In this document: positions 41,669-51,392 of the stretch, one piece after another
How the letters are laid out: every line of letters begins with the position of its first letter
Position numbering within the stretch: position 1 is the stretch's first letter
Assembly: GCA_964529095.1 (NCBI GenBank)
Contig: CAZGVK010000071.1
Span: forward strand, 3,607-67,606
Source of the DNA: an uncultured Elusimicrobia bacterium
GTDB lineage: Bacteria; Elusimicrobiota; Elusimicrobia; UBA1565; UBA9628
DNA: 64,000 nucleotides
Direction of reading: 5' to 3'
The notes under the pieces: generated by a model
What the model saw: the letters and a program-made list of their open reading frames with translations, nothing else
The model's database searches: none
Told to the model about the DNA's origin: nothing
Position numbers and translations under genes: made by a program

Positions 41669-44600
41669 CCAAGCCCTCGACGATCGTCTCCAAGTCTGCG
41701 CGCACGGCACTGCGGCCGAAGAGCATCCTCTTGATTGCCAGCCCGATCAGGCTGGGACGCGAAATCGTCTTGTCGCGCCAGGCGCGCGCTGCGACTCCGT
41801 CCTCCAGGGACTTGAAAATATAGTCCTTGGGGAGAAACTCAGAGTAGCCGGTGTAGATTAGGAAGGCCTTCTGCAGGGGCGCATACTCAGGGGCGACCAG
41901 AGCGCCGAGCTTCTCGGCCTCAAGCAGGCCGTCCATCATGCGCTCGATGATCCCGGCGTCAGCGCGCCGGATGAGGCCCTTTCCGATATTGGCCAGAACA
42001 TCATCGGCCGAGCGCGTATTTGGAACTTTAATGATTGTCAACAAGGCTCGCGCGGACGCTTCCGAACTTCCCGCATCCAAGGCTAGACCCGCCCTCATCA
42101 AAGGCTTGAGCAATTCGATAGGCTGAGCGTTGCCCTGACCCAAGTCTATGACCACAAGTTTTGGCCTCAAACTATTGATGCCCCCTTTGAGCGCATGGCG
42201 GTTGCCCGTGTGCGGGTCGGGCTCGAGCCATTCGTCATAGATGAGCTGGAACATGCCCTCGCGCACCGCAAGCTTAGAAATGGCGGTCTTGCTTGGGCCC
42301 AGCAAGGAGCGCTTCGGCAGGTCCGAAAAGCGCGTGGTCGCGATGAACTCCTCGATCATCACATCCTCTCCGACATAGATCGGATGGGGATTGGGGATGT
42401 GGGGCCGAGGGGAGGCCAGCCGCGCGTACCATGGGCGGGCCCTGGAGCGTCTAAGCATCGCCAGCTCCTTATCCTTTTCATCGACGAAGTTCATCTCCGC
42501 CTGCACCATCTTCTTGACCTCATCTAAAAGCTGTCCCGCCGCCGGCAGATTTAGATCTCCGTTGCTCTGCATGGTATTGATGAGCTCGTCGAATAGCTCG
42601 AACTCGCGCTTGGTGCCGTAAGCGGCGCCGGGGGCGCGAAGCTTGACCACCCAGGTCCGCTTATCTTCGAGGACAACCTTATAGACCAGCTTGATTGATC
42701 CGGCCCCGAGTTCCGGCCCCATCTCCGTGATCCAGCGCACTTTTGCCTTCTGCTCCTTCAGGAGAAAGGAAACCTGGCGGATCAAGCGCTGACGCGCAGC
42801 GGCATCAAGAGACATCTCCTCGTTGTCGCTGGGCAGAGCTTGATAGCTGAGCGCGTCGAGTTGCTCATCCGTCATGGCCGCCGAGGGCGCGGCAGGCGCC
42901 TCACTCTTCCAGAACGTCGATAGCAGCCGGTCCCAGGATTTTATAAGCCAATTTTGGGCCGACGCCGTCCAGCCCGTCTTGTCTGAAGACCGCTCGCCCA
43001 CGCGGCCCGCGATGGCCGCGAGGCGCTCCGTGATCAGACTGTAGGAGCGCATCTTTTCCATGTTTTGGGCGCGATCCTTAAATATTTCCAAAGGCTTGAC
43101 GTACTCCGCGGGAACCAGGCCCTTATGCGTCGCCAAAACCTGGGCGACTTTCTTTCCGGTCACGCCCATTCCCCTCAAGGCTACCGAGACAATTTCCGGG
43201 CCCTTGAGCTCGGGGCCGACGTCATCTAAAGCGGCGATGTCGGCGATGAATTTCGCGCGCTCGTCCTCGGTCAATATCTTGAAATAGGCGCGGAACGTCT
43301 TCTCCATGAAAGGAGGCAGGTCGCGCCCGACGATGACTAGGCGCTCGAAGAGGCGCTCGACTTCGGCCGGGGCCTTGTGCAGTGCGCCTTCGCCATAGAA
43401 CAGCGCGCGGGTGAGGAGCGCGCGGTCCTTGGAGTGCAGCAGGCTCATGTAGTTCTCAAGCTGAAATATGCTGCGCAGGGCGGCATTGTCGCGCGCCATC
43501 TTCTTGCGTTCGCCGCTTAAGATGCGCTTGTTGAATGCTTTCTTCTTCTCCAGGCTCAAGCGTTCGATCTTGGCCAAGTGCAGGAGGATGTCCACTTTCT
43601 CTGCCGGGGAAAATTTCCGCATCTGTATGACGGCTTGGTCGAGCAGGTGCTTTTCCATGACGCGGACCGGATTTGGCTGGCGGTAGCTCTTGTTTGACTC
43701 CAGGTGCGAGAGGCTTCCCGGGGAGAGGCGCCGCGCCTTGATCAGGCGCTCAAGCAAGTCGTCGCGCGAGCGCGTCGGCTCCGGGTAGTTATCAACGATC
43801 AAGCCCAGGACGGGGTCCTCCAGGCCGGCGAAGGCGTTATAGAGCTCCAATAGTATGGGTTTCAGCGTTCCCTTGACCCGCTCTTTGTAACCCTTGATGA
43901 CTTCGTCCTTTTCATGAGGAAGCTGGGTAGGCCACTCGCGCTCGGAAAGGTTCACGTCCTTAAGATAGGAGAGATCGTCTTTGGTGAACGCGCCCTTGTC
44001 CCAACGCTCGCGGGCCTGCTTGGCCTGCTCGGTCGCATTGCGATCAATCTCTTCGAGCACATCGAATATCTTGTCCTCCAAGCTACCCTCGCCGCGCAGA
44101 CCTTTGAGAAACTTCGCGGAAAAGTGCTTGCGCGCTCTAAAATAAGCCGCGATCAGACGCCGTGTCGCGCGGTACCACTCCGGCAAGGAGCGCCGCAGCG
44201 GCTTTTCCCCGAAATTCGACTCAGGCATAAGATCGAAGAGCTTTGTTCGCAACGCGGGGTTGCGCACGATCTTCAAGGGCTGGGCTTTGGGAACCGGGAG
44301 ATTTCCGAAAGGCGTATTGACGAAGGAATAGCCATCGGAAAAGTTAGAAGAGATTTTCACGGTCAGGCGCTTAAGGCGCTTGCGGTCCTTCTTGACCCAC
44401 TTCCGGAACGCCTCCGGGTCGGCATTGGCCGTATCAATAATGCGCTTGTCGAGCTCGTCGCTGAATTCCCCATTGGAATTGAAGAAGTCGAGCAGATCGA
44501 CGCGATCGGCGGTGTCTTTGGGCCACGCATGAGCCGCATCGAGACGTTTTGCCATATTCAGCGCCCAACGGGTGTTGACGCCTCGAAATGGGTGCTCGCC

Positions 44601-47600
44601 CTTGGCCACCGAGCGATATGCCTCGTTGCGCTTGATGTACTCCGCGCCCTGACGGAAAGCGTTCGTGGTCGTTCCCGTAGTCTCGAAGTCCGGATTGAAG
44701 AGGCCGGGGTGCAGATCGTTCAAACGCAGGAGCAGAGTCGCCGTCGCGGGCAAATCCTCGACGCGCTCAGAAGCCGTGGAAACATCCTCGAAAAGCCAGC
44801 GTCCCGCAACCGCAGCGGCGCGCATGCCGATGGCTTTGCCCATGAGGTCCGCTTCTTCCCACCCGTGGTCGATGTCAAGGCGGTCGAGCAGGGCCGCGGC
44901 CATGAGCTTGGTCTTTGTATCTGTCTGCGGGTCGCCGATCATGGCAAGGAAATGGACATAGTCGTTGGTGTCGAGCGGGCGCAAACTGGCCTCGGGAATT
45001 CCGGCCAAAGTCGGCTTGCCCCGGCGCTTCTTGACCCACTGCAAATGCAGAACCTTATCTTTCACCGCGCGATAGCTGGCGTCAATCCAGCGCAGGATGA
45101 AAACAAGGGGCTTGGTCATCCTGGAATGTTCCTTTGCAAGCCATTTCTTGTAGCGTGTCTCTCTGTTGCCTAGCGCCTTGGGTATGGCCAAATCGTAGGC
45201 CGCCATGTATTCATGGTCCTTGCCGATGTGGGCGCCGAGATTGGCGGCGTAGGCCTTGACCAGGGACGAGCTGGGAAAAGCGCGCAAAAACTTTTCAATA
45301 TGGGCTACCAACGTCGCGGTCTTGCGTATCTCAGCGAAGTCGGGGCGTGAGCCGGCAAGGTCGATCCCCACGACCGCCTGGCGGATCGCGGCACTCAAGC
45401 TGTAGAAGAATTCAAATGCAAGCTGGCTCCGGTTGGACTCGCCATAGGCGGCATTGATCTCGGGCGACTCGATGAGCAGCTCAACTTGCTTCCATGCTGC
45501 GGCCGTGGTCTCGCGGATCGTTTTAAAATCCCGCAGGTTATAAAGGACTGAGCGTAAAACTCCGCCGACCTCAGACTGGTACCAATCGAGATGATCACGG
45601 CGTTCTTCAGAGGTCGCAACGCCCTTAAGTCGCCGTTTGAGTTCCGCGCCGATGTCTGAATAAAAGGCCGTGATGTATGCGTCGAGCTTGCCCTCCTCGC
45701 GAAGCAAGCGCACGGCAGCGGGTGGGAAAAGGCCGCTCCCGAACCATTCTGTGATGTCGATTTGATCCTGAATGCTTGGGGAAGATAGTCCATCTAAATG
45801 ATAACGCTCATAGACGAAGATGGTTTTTCCATTGACCTGCCCTGGCGCGGGCGGGGTATAATGCCGCTGCGACCATGGCTCCAGGCCCTCGAATTTCTTG
45901 GTGCCCCAAGGCCGATCAACCTTGAAAGAGGACAGCGTCCCCCGCAAAAGAGAGGCCAATTGAGAAGGCCGGTATTTCTTGGAACGCGAGGCCTCAGGGC
46001 CGAAAGCGCTCTCTATAATCTCCACCTGTATTGAGTTGTGGTAGGTCTTGAGCCACGAGGGAGAGAGCTTCATGATCAATTCGGCGATGATCTCCTCAGG
46101 CAGGGCCGGACGCTTCAACTCGGCGCTTAGAACCCGCCGCGTCGCGCGCCAAATCCTCGTGCCCACGTCGAGCTTTAGATCGAACGTGGATCGACTTTCT
46201 TCGTTCATCTTCCTTATGTCCAGGCCGAGATTCTCGGCCTCCGCAGAGAGGACCTTGTAGATGGCGTCGAGCTGTTCGCGATCCTTGACCGTGCCCAGAA
46301 TGCGCAGAGTTCCCGCGCGGCGAGTCTCCTCGCTCAAGCTGACGGCGGCCCTGAGAAACTTGGCCAGCGTCATCGGCTCATCGATGCCCTTGAATAAAAT
46401 ATCGAGCTGGCGCGAGATCATGTCGGATCTCAAGCGATGGGAAGGGAAAAAGTCCCCTCTCTTCTCACGGTTCATTGATATCTCGATGGGACGCAGACCT
46501 TCGATTGCATCAACGCGTTTGAGGAGTTTTCGGTAGGCCTCATCGATGATCGCGTACTTTTCGCCGTCGATAGCGGCATTGGCCGACTCGTGTTCAATGA
46601 AAGTCTCTAGGGAGTAGATGCTCTCCGAGAGGGTGCGGCCAGCAAGCGCTTGCTTCAGGCGCGCGGCAAAACGATCGATGTGACTCGATCTTTCCTCAGC
46701 CAAGCGCCGCGTCATCCAAATTGGAACGCCGACGGCCGGAATGGAGGGCTTGAACGCCTCGTTGGCCTGGTTCATGTGGTCCATCATGTTGGCTCTGCGT
46801 ATATCGGAGTGGGGGTGGACGTCGCGCAACCGCTGTAGGATCTGGGCAAGCTCGCTCTTATCCCTCTTAAGAAGGGTGTATTCCTTCTCCAAGCGGTCAT
46901 ATTCGCGGTCCAAGGCATAGAGGCTGTCGATGGCGGCCTGGGGCTGATAGCCGGCGGCGGCGGCAAGCTTCAAGCCCTCGGCATCGGCTTCCATTTCGTG
47001 GAAGTGTCCTAAAAGCTGTTGGCCGACGCCGGAGAAGTCCTTGAGGTGGCTCTTCCAATTGTGCATGAGCTCGTGAGCGATGATAAATGCGAGTTGGTCC
47101 TCGCTCTCCATCGAACGAAGCAGTCCCAGCGAGACGAAAATGTTCGAAACGCGGAAAGCCTTGGCGAGATCCGCGTTGTTTTCGAGGAAAACCCCTTCGC
47201 TCTTAACTATGGTGGTGAAAGCGTTGGGGAGCATGGAGTTGCCTGTGAATATTTGGGCCGCCTCGCGCGGCAGGCCCGCGGCCTTGAGCAGGCGCCGGAG
47301 AATGCGCTCGATATCATGGTGCAGGATTCCGTCGCCGACGTCTCCGCCAAGCTCTGTTCTGAGAATGCGGTAAGCGTCCATCTTGACATCTTGGCGCAGA
47401 CGAAAAAGAGCCGAGGTCGCTTCCTCGGTGGCGCTGGAGTCCTTATTGGGCGACGGGGAAAGCTTCGCCTCTGGCAATTCTTCGGTGGATTCAACGCCCT
47501 TGACGACAATAGATTCATCGTCTCCATCGAGGAGCGGCTCGTTATTATCGTAGGCGCTGTTGAGGCCCTGCGCCAACTGCTCGCGGCGCAGAGCCGTGAC

Positions 47601-48005
47601 AAAAGAGGAAAGGCCAGTCAGCAGGTCCTTGTTTTTTTCCGCGATGAGAATCCGGTTGGCGTCGCGCAAGACTGCCGCGACTTCGGTGTCGAACGAAGAA
47701 GCGGCGAGAGACGGTTCGGCCGCGAGGGCGAGAATGCGGCGGGCCGAAAGAACTTCTTCAGTGCTGCCGGTTCCTGAGGCGATGCTGTTGAGAGTACGCA
47801 GGCCGGAGAGGACATCTAATTTAAGAAGATGCATCTGCGAGACAAAAACTCCGGATCTGAAAATATTGCCGTTAGGAATTTGAGAGAGCGGGAGCGCGCG
47901 CTGGGCGAACACGATATCGGCTGGAACGCTTGCGCTGAGAAGGCATGCGCAGAGCATGGAGGCCGTGGATTTCCTAAGGGATCGGATCATGTTCTTGTCG
48001 GCCAT
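41640..48005 (-). CDS. Giant (2121 aa) signal-peptide-bearing multidomain protein: N-terminal M48 (BepA/HtpX-like) metallopeptidase domain, ~1300-aa helical middle region, C-terminal ABC1/UbiB-type atypical kinase domain
   Basis: Signal-like N-terminus. NAFTTI followed by AHELMHNWKSH (HExxH) and HEMEAD (the E.EAD third zinc ligand) gives the M48 signature. The C-terminal GAGSIKLVYKVVLEDKRTWVVKLRAPG, DPHTGN and VVIDLGQG match ABC1/UbiB kinase motifs. The reading frame is uninterrupted for 6366 nt. It overlaps the aroG 3' end by 29 nt, convergently. Confidence 0.75.
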   Translation of the reverse strand: MADKNMIRSLRKSTASMLCACLLSASVPADIVFAQRALPLSQIPNGNIFRSGVFVSQMHLLKLDVLSGLRTLNSIASGTGSTEEVLSARRILALAAEPSLAASSFDTEVAAVLRDANRILIAEKNKDLLTGLSSFVTALRREQLAQGLNSAYDNNEPLLDGDDESIVVKGVESTEELPEAKLSPSPNKDSSATEEATSALFRLRQDVKMDAYRILRTELGGDVGDGILHHDIERILRRLLKAAGLPREAAQIFTGNSMLPNAFTTIVKSEGVFLENNADLAKAFRVSNIFVSLGLLRSMESEDQLAFIIAHELMHNWKSHLKDFSGVGQQLLGHFHEMEADAEGLKLAAAAGYQPQAAIDSLYALDREYDRLEKEYTLLKRDKSELAQILQRLRDVHPHSDIRRANMMDHMNQANEAFKPSIPAVGVPIWMTRRLAEERSSHIDRFAARLKQALAGRTLSESIYSLETFIEHESANAAIDGEKYAIIDEAYRKLLKRVDAIEGLRPIEISMNREKRGDFFPSHRLRSDMISRQLDILFKGIDEPMTLAKFLRAAVSLSEETRRAGTLRILGTVKDREQLDAIYKVLSAEAENLGLDIRKMNEESRSTFDLKLDVGTRIWRATRRVLSAELKRPALPEEIIAELIMKLSPSWLKTYHNSIQVEIIESAFGPEASRSKKYRPSQLASLLRGTLSSFKVDRPWGTKKFEGLEPWSQRHYTPPAPGQVNGKTIFVYERYHLDGLSSPSIQDQIDITEWFGSGLFPPAAVRLLREEGKLDAYITAFYSDIGAELKRRLKGVATSEERRDHLDWYQSEVGGVLRSVLYNLRDFKTIRETTAAAWKQVELLIESPEINAAYGESNRSQLAFEFFYSLSAAIRQAVVGIDLAGSRPDFAEIRKTATLVAHIEKFLRAFPSSSLVKAYAANLGAHIGKDHEYMAAYDLAIPKALGNRETRYKKWLAKEHSRMTKPLVFILRWIDASYRAVKDKVLHLQWVKKRRGKPTLAGIPEASLRPLDTNDYVHFLAMIGDPQTDTKTKLMAAALLDRLDIDHGWEEADLMGKAIGMRAAAVAGRWLFEDVSTASERVEDLPATATLLLRLNDLHPGLFNPDFETTGTTTNAFRQGAEYIKRNEAYRSVAKGEHPFRGVNTRWALNMAKRLDAAHAWPKDTADRVDLLDFFNSNGEFSDELDKRIIDTANADPEAFRKWVKKDRKRLKRLTVKISSNFSDGYSFVNTPFGNLPVPKAQPLKIVRNPALRTKLFDLMPESNFGEKPLRRSLPEWYRATRRLIAAYFRARKHFSAKFLKGLRGEGSLEDKIFDVLEEIDRNATEQAKQARERWDKGAFTKDDLSYLKDVNLSEREWPTQLPHEKDEVIKGYKERVKGTLKPILLELYNAFAGLEDPVLGLIVDNYPEPTRSRDDLLERLIKARRLSPGSLSHLESNKSYRQPNPVRVMEKHLLDQAVIQMRKFSPAEKVDILLHLAKIERLSLEKKKAFNKRILSGERKKMARDNAALRSIFQLENYMSLLHSKDRALLTRALFYGEGALHKAPAEVERLFERLVIVGRDLPPFMEKTFRAYFKILTEDERAKFIADIAALDDVGPELKGPEIVSVALRGMGVTGKKVAQVLATHKGLVPAEYVKPLEIFKDRAQNMEKMRSYSLITERLAAIAGRVGERSSDKTGWTASAQNWLIKSWDRLLSTFWKSEAPAAPSAAMTDEQLDALSYQALPSDNEEMSLDAAARQRLIRQVSFLLKEQKAKVRWITEMGPELGAGSIKLVYKVVLEDKRTWVVKLRAPGAAYGTKREFELFDELINTMQSNGDLNLPAAGQLLDEVKKMVQAEMNFVDEKDKELAMLRRSRARPWYARLASPRPHIPNPHPIYVGEDVMIEEFIATTRFSDLPKRSLLGPSKTAISKLAVREGMFQLIYDEWLEPDPHTGNRHALKGGINSLRPKLVVIDLGQGNAQPIELLKPLMRAGLALDAGSSEASARALLTIIKVPNTRSADDVLANIGKGLIRRADAGIIERMMDGLLEAEKLGALVAPEYAPLQKAFLIYTGYSEFLPKDYIFKSLEDGVAARAWRDKTISRPSLIGLAIKRMLFGRSAVRADLETIVEGLATRLDGGTH

Positions 48006-48095
48006 TCCGCCATTATAAGCTAACGGCGCATTTGTTCATGCAGGTCTTTTGGGCCTTCAATGCGCGAGCAATGGGCCTAATCGGTTCTGGGTCTT

Positions 48096-49541
48096 ATGGC
48101 TTATGATTGGAAATCATTACGCTACAGAGAGACCATCGATGAGTTTCGTGCATTGATATACTTTCCGCCGATGCCCAAACCGGTGGACCGCCGTCACCTT
48201 CCACATAAGACGGGCGTCTACATCATGCGCGACGCCGCCGGAGACATCCTGTACATCGGCAAAGCTCTTGATCTAGCCAAGCGCGTGGCCCAATACTTCA
48301 ATCCGCGCAAGACGGATACGATGGGCCAGTCGCTTGCCGCGATCATTCGCACGATTGACTATATTCTCTGCGAATCCGAACGCGAGTCGCTGTTGCTTGA
48401 ACGCCGGCTCATCAAGGAGAATCAGCCCTTCTTTAATGTTCTCTGGAAGGATGGCAAGACCTACCCCTATCTCAAGATCACGATGGGCGAGGCATTCCCT
48501 CGTCTCATAACGACGCGCAATAATATTCGCGACGGCGGGGCCTATTTTGGCCCCTTTCCTAAGATTTCACCCCTGCGCGCCTTACTTCGGTATCTCTGGA
48601 AACAAAAGCTCTTCCCGTTGCGGCCCTGCCGGTGGGACTTTTCTGAGACGAAGCCCCTCGACCCGCATAAGATAAACGCCTGCCTTTATTATCACACGAA
48701 GCAATGCCCGGCGCCCTGCGCGGGGAAGATAGCCCAAGCTGATTATCGCGAAATCGCCCAACGAGCCGTCATGTTCTTCAAGGGCAAGTACGCCGACCTT
48801 AGGAAGGAGTTTGAGCGGAAAATGCAATCCGCGTCCGGCGCAATGGATTACGAACGCGCTGCGGAATTTCGCGACAATGTCTTGGCATTGTCCCAGATGG
48901 GAGAAAGGATCAGGGTGCGCTCCGTCGAGACGGAGACCGTCAGCGGCCTTACCGCTCGCACGCGGATGCTGACCAATTTACAGAAGGCCCTCCTATTATC
49001 CGTGCCGCCGGTGCACATCGAATGCTTTGACGTTTCTCATTTCCAAGGGCATCAAACCGTCGCGTCGATGGTCTGCTTTCAGGGCGGAAAGATCTGCCGC
49101 GACCACTACCGCAAGTTTAATATCCGGAACGTCGTCGGCATCGATGACTTCAAGTCCCTGCGCGAGGCCGTGTACCGCCGCTATAAGCGCTTGGCGGTGG
49201 AAAAGGCGAGCCTGCCCGACCTCGTGCTTATCGATGGAGGCAAGGGGCAGCTCGGGGCCGCGCAAGAGGCGCTCAACGATCTGAAGCTCAAGATTCCGCT
49301 GGCCTCATTGGCAAAACGAATCGAGGAGATATTTCTCCCCGGGTGCGCCAAGTCCATTCTCCTGCGCCGCGACGACCCCGCTTTGCGGCTGCTCCAGCAG
49401 TTGCGCGATGAGGCGCATCGCTTTGGCCTGGCCTACCATCGCCTCCTCCGTGATAAGCGCCTCTTCCAATCCCTTGGCGCGCGCAAGCTCAGGCTTCAAT
49501 CGAAGGTGAGGACGACCTTGCCCGTGTTGCCTCGCTCCTGA
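48096..49541 (+). CDS. uvrC: UvrC-like excinuclease (GIY-YIG + UvrBC-interaction + endonuclease domains, lacking C-terminal HhH pair)
   Basis: GIY-YIG motif GVYIMRDAAGDILYIGKA, UVR motif ERAAEFRDNVLAL, and the endonuclease block CFDVSH...IDGGKGQL. At 481 aa it ends before any helix-hairpin-helix region. Confidence 0.75.
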   Translation: MAYDWKSLRYRETIDEFRALIYFPPMPKPVDRRHLPHKTGVYIMRDAAGDILYIGKALDLAKRVAQYFNPRKTDTMGQSLAAIIRTIDYILCESERESLLLERRLIKENQPFFNVLWKDGKTYPYLKITMGEAFPRLITTRNNIRDGGAYFGPFPKISPLRALLRYLWKQKLFPLRPCRWDFSETKPLDPHKINACLYYHTKQCPAPCAGKIAQADYREIAQRAVMFFKGKYADLRKEFERKMQSASGAMDYERAAEFRDNVLALSQMGERIRVRSVETETVSGLTARTRMLTNLQKALLLSVPPVHIECFDVSHFQGHQTVASMVCFQGGKICRDHYRKFNIRNVVGIDDFKSLREAVYRRYKRLAVEKASLPDLVLIDGGKGQLGAAQEALNDLKLKIPLASLAKRIEEIFLPGCAKSILLRRDDPALRLLQQLRDEAHRFGLAYHRLLRDKRLFQSLGARKLRLQSKVRTTLPVLPRS

Positions 49542-50524
49542 ATGAAGGCGTGGGCCTTGCCGGCCTCTTCTGCGGGAAATGACGCGCCGACGACGGGTCG
49601 AATGCGACCTTGGGTCCACCAGCCGACGATTTTTTCCAGTCCGGCCCGCAAGACCTCCACCTCATCCGTCATGCGGCCGAGGTGCAGGCCGATGACGCCG
49701 CGGTTTTGGGCCATCATGTCGAAGGCGGAAAAACTCGGCGTGCGCAGCCAATGCCAGAGAAGACTCATCATTTGACGGCTCTTGCCCGGCGCGGCGGCGG
49801 AAAAGCCGTAGATGATGAGCTTGCCGCCGACTGCGAGACTGCGGTAGCTCTTCGCGAAGTGAGCGCCGCCGATGGGATCGAGGGCGATATGCACGCCGCG
49901 CCCTCCGGTGATTTTCCTCACGACCGCCTCGAAGTCCTCGGCGCGGCAATCAATCGGATGGTCAACGCCTTCCCTGCGCACGGCTTCATGCTTGGCGGCC
50001 GAAGCGGTGCCGAATATCGTCGCTCCATAGATTTTGGATATCTGCGTGGCGGCGATGCCCACGCCTCCGGCAACGCCGTGGATGAGAACCCTGCGGCCTT
50101 CCTTTAGATTGCCCTGCTCGATCAGCGCGAGGTAGGCGGTCAGGTAGTTCACGGTCAGCGCCGCGGCCTCCTCGAAGCTCTTGCCTTCGGGGATGCGGAA
50201 TACGGCAGTCGCTTTGGCAATCAAGGTGTCGGCGTAGCCGCCGTAATTGCAGGGCACGACGACCCTGTCGCCCTCCTTTAAGGTGACGCCGCGCGGCATG
50301 CCCGGGCCGACCGCGTCAACGACGCCGGCGGCTTCGTAGCCAGGAACGAAGGGCACTGCCGGAGCGCCCGGGTACAGGCCCATGCGCATCATAACATCGG
50401 CGAAGTTTATTCCCGCGGCCTTGACGCGAACTCGAAGCTGTCCTGCGCCGGGTTCAGGATCGGGGGCGGAACGCAACTCCAGGACTTCGGGGCCGCCATG
50501 GCGCATGATGTGGATTGATCGCAT
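49496..50524 (-). CDS. Zinc-type medium-chain dehydrogenase / quinone oxidoreductase (MDR family)
   Basis: GxGxxG NAD(P) fold (IHGVAGGVGIAA) and GroES-like N-terminal domain. 342 aa. Confidence 0.75.
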   Translation of the reverse strand: MRSIHIMRHGGPEVLELRSAPDPEPGAGQLRVRVKAAGINFADVMMRMGLYPGAPAVPFVPGYEAAGVVDAVGPGMPRGVTLKEGDRVVVPCNYGGYADTLIAKATAVFRIPEGKSFEEAAALTVNYLTAYLALIEQGNLKEGRRVLIHGVAGGVGIAATQISKIYGATIFGTASAAKHEAVRREGVDHPIDCRAEDFEAVVRKITGGRGVHIALDPIGGAHFAKSYRSLAVGGKLIIYGFSAAAPGKSRQMMSLLWHWLRTPSFSAFDMMAQNRGVIGLHLGRMTDEVEVLRAGLEKIVGWWTQGRIRPVVGASFPAEEAGKAHAFIQERGNTGKVVLTFD

Positions 50525-50614
50525 AGCGCGAGTCTTTAATTTTTCCGGGCGCCTTTCCGTCCTGCCGCTTTTTCAAATCCGTTGACTCCAGGCGGGTGGC
50601 CTGCTTTATTGAAA

Positions 50615-50797
50615 TTAAGAGTTTTTGCTGTGATCATGGTCGAGCGAGTGTATTTTTCGGCGGGAAAGTCCATACCAGGCCAGCGCGGAGGCAACAACCA
50701 GAACACGGCGGCCCGGCGTGGCGCCCTTGATTAGCATGACAAGCGTGGTCGCAATGGCCAGGAGAAGAAAAAACCAGCGCAAAAATGTCAAACGCAT
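50615..50797 (-). CDS. Small two-TM membrane protein, hypothetical
   Basis: Two hydrophobic helices. The start was chosen at MRLTFLRWFFLL to avoid overlap with the downstream gene. Confidence 0.3.
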   Translation of the reverse strand: MRLTFLRWFFLLLAIATTLVMLIKGATPGRRVLVVASALAWYGLSRRKIHSLDHDHSKNS

Positions 50798-50808
50798 AAA
50801 GTCCTGCG

Positions 50809-51186
50809 CTAGAGAGCGTCGGCCTCGGTCTTCTGCGCGGGGCAGCTTTCCCCGAAATCGCAAGTCGCGGCTTCTTTTTGAGCTTTATTTTGGGCCGGCC
50901 CGGAGCGTTTCTTGTTTTTCACGAACGGCTTTTTCGCCCCGGAGACGATCGGCTCACCCTTTTTGTTGAACTTGTAGTGCGTTATCTGCGCGGGCTCGCG
51001 GGACTTGTATTGCGATTTCGCGTAGTCATATGTTTTTTTCTTCACGGGGGATTTCTTTTTTGACGGCTTCGTCGCAAGATTTGATTTTCCCTGTTTTACC
51101 GCCGCGTCTTTAGCGAGGGCGGAACTCCAGGCAGCGCCGAATGCCAGGACTGAACTGATGAAAAATACGGGCAATAGTTTCAGCAT
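50809..51186 (-). CDS. Secreted lysine-rich basic protein, hypothetical
   Basis: Signal peptide MLKLLPVFFISSVLAFGAAWSSALA, then a K-rich low-complexity region with two Cys near the C-terminus. Confidence 0.35.
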   Translation of the reverse strand: MLKLLPVFFISSVLAFGAAWSSALAKDAAVKQGKSNLATKPSKKKSPVKKKTYDYAKSQYKSREPAQITHYKFNKKGEPIVSGAKKPFVKNKKRSGPAQNKAQKEAATCDFGESCPAQKTEADAL

Positions 51187-51392
51187 GCCCGTAGTATACC
51201 CCGAGAAAGATTCGCTTTCAATGAGCTGAATCAATCGGCATGCTCACTTCTCGCGCCTTATTGGAGTCTAATCCGCCTTTTTATCTTGATCGCAAATTCC
51301 GGCTAATTTCATTATTCCCCGCGGCTGAAGTTTTTGCGCTCGGCCTCCAGCGTCTTGGCCGATGTTCGCGGATCGTCCAGATACTTCAACTC

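Noticed and set aside
43914-45173. 419-aa plus-strand ORF (and 47019..47777, 252 aa) inside the giant gene region
   Set aside because: Antisense to an ORF with clear M48 and ABC1 motifs. Arg/Ala/Gly-rich composition is typical of antisense frames in high-GC DNA. No motifs.
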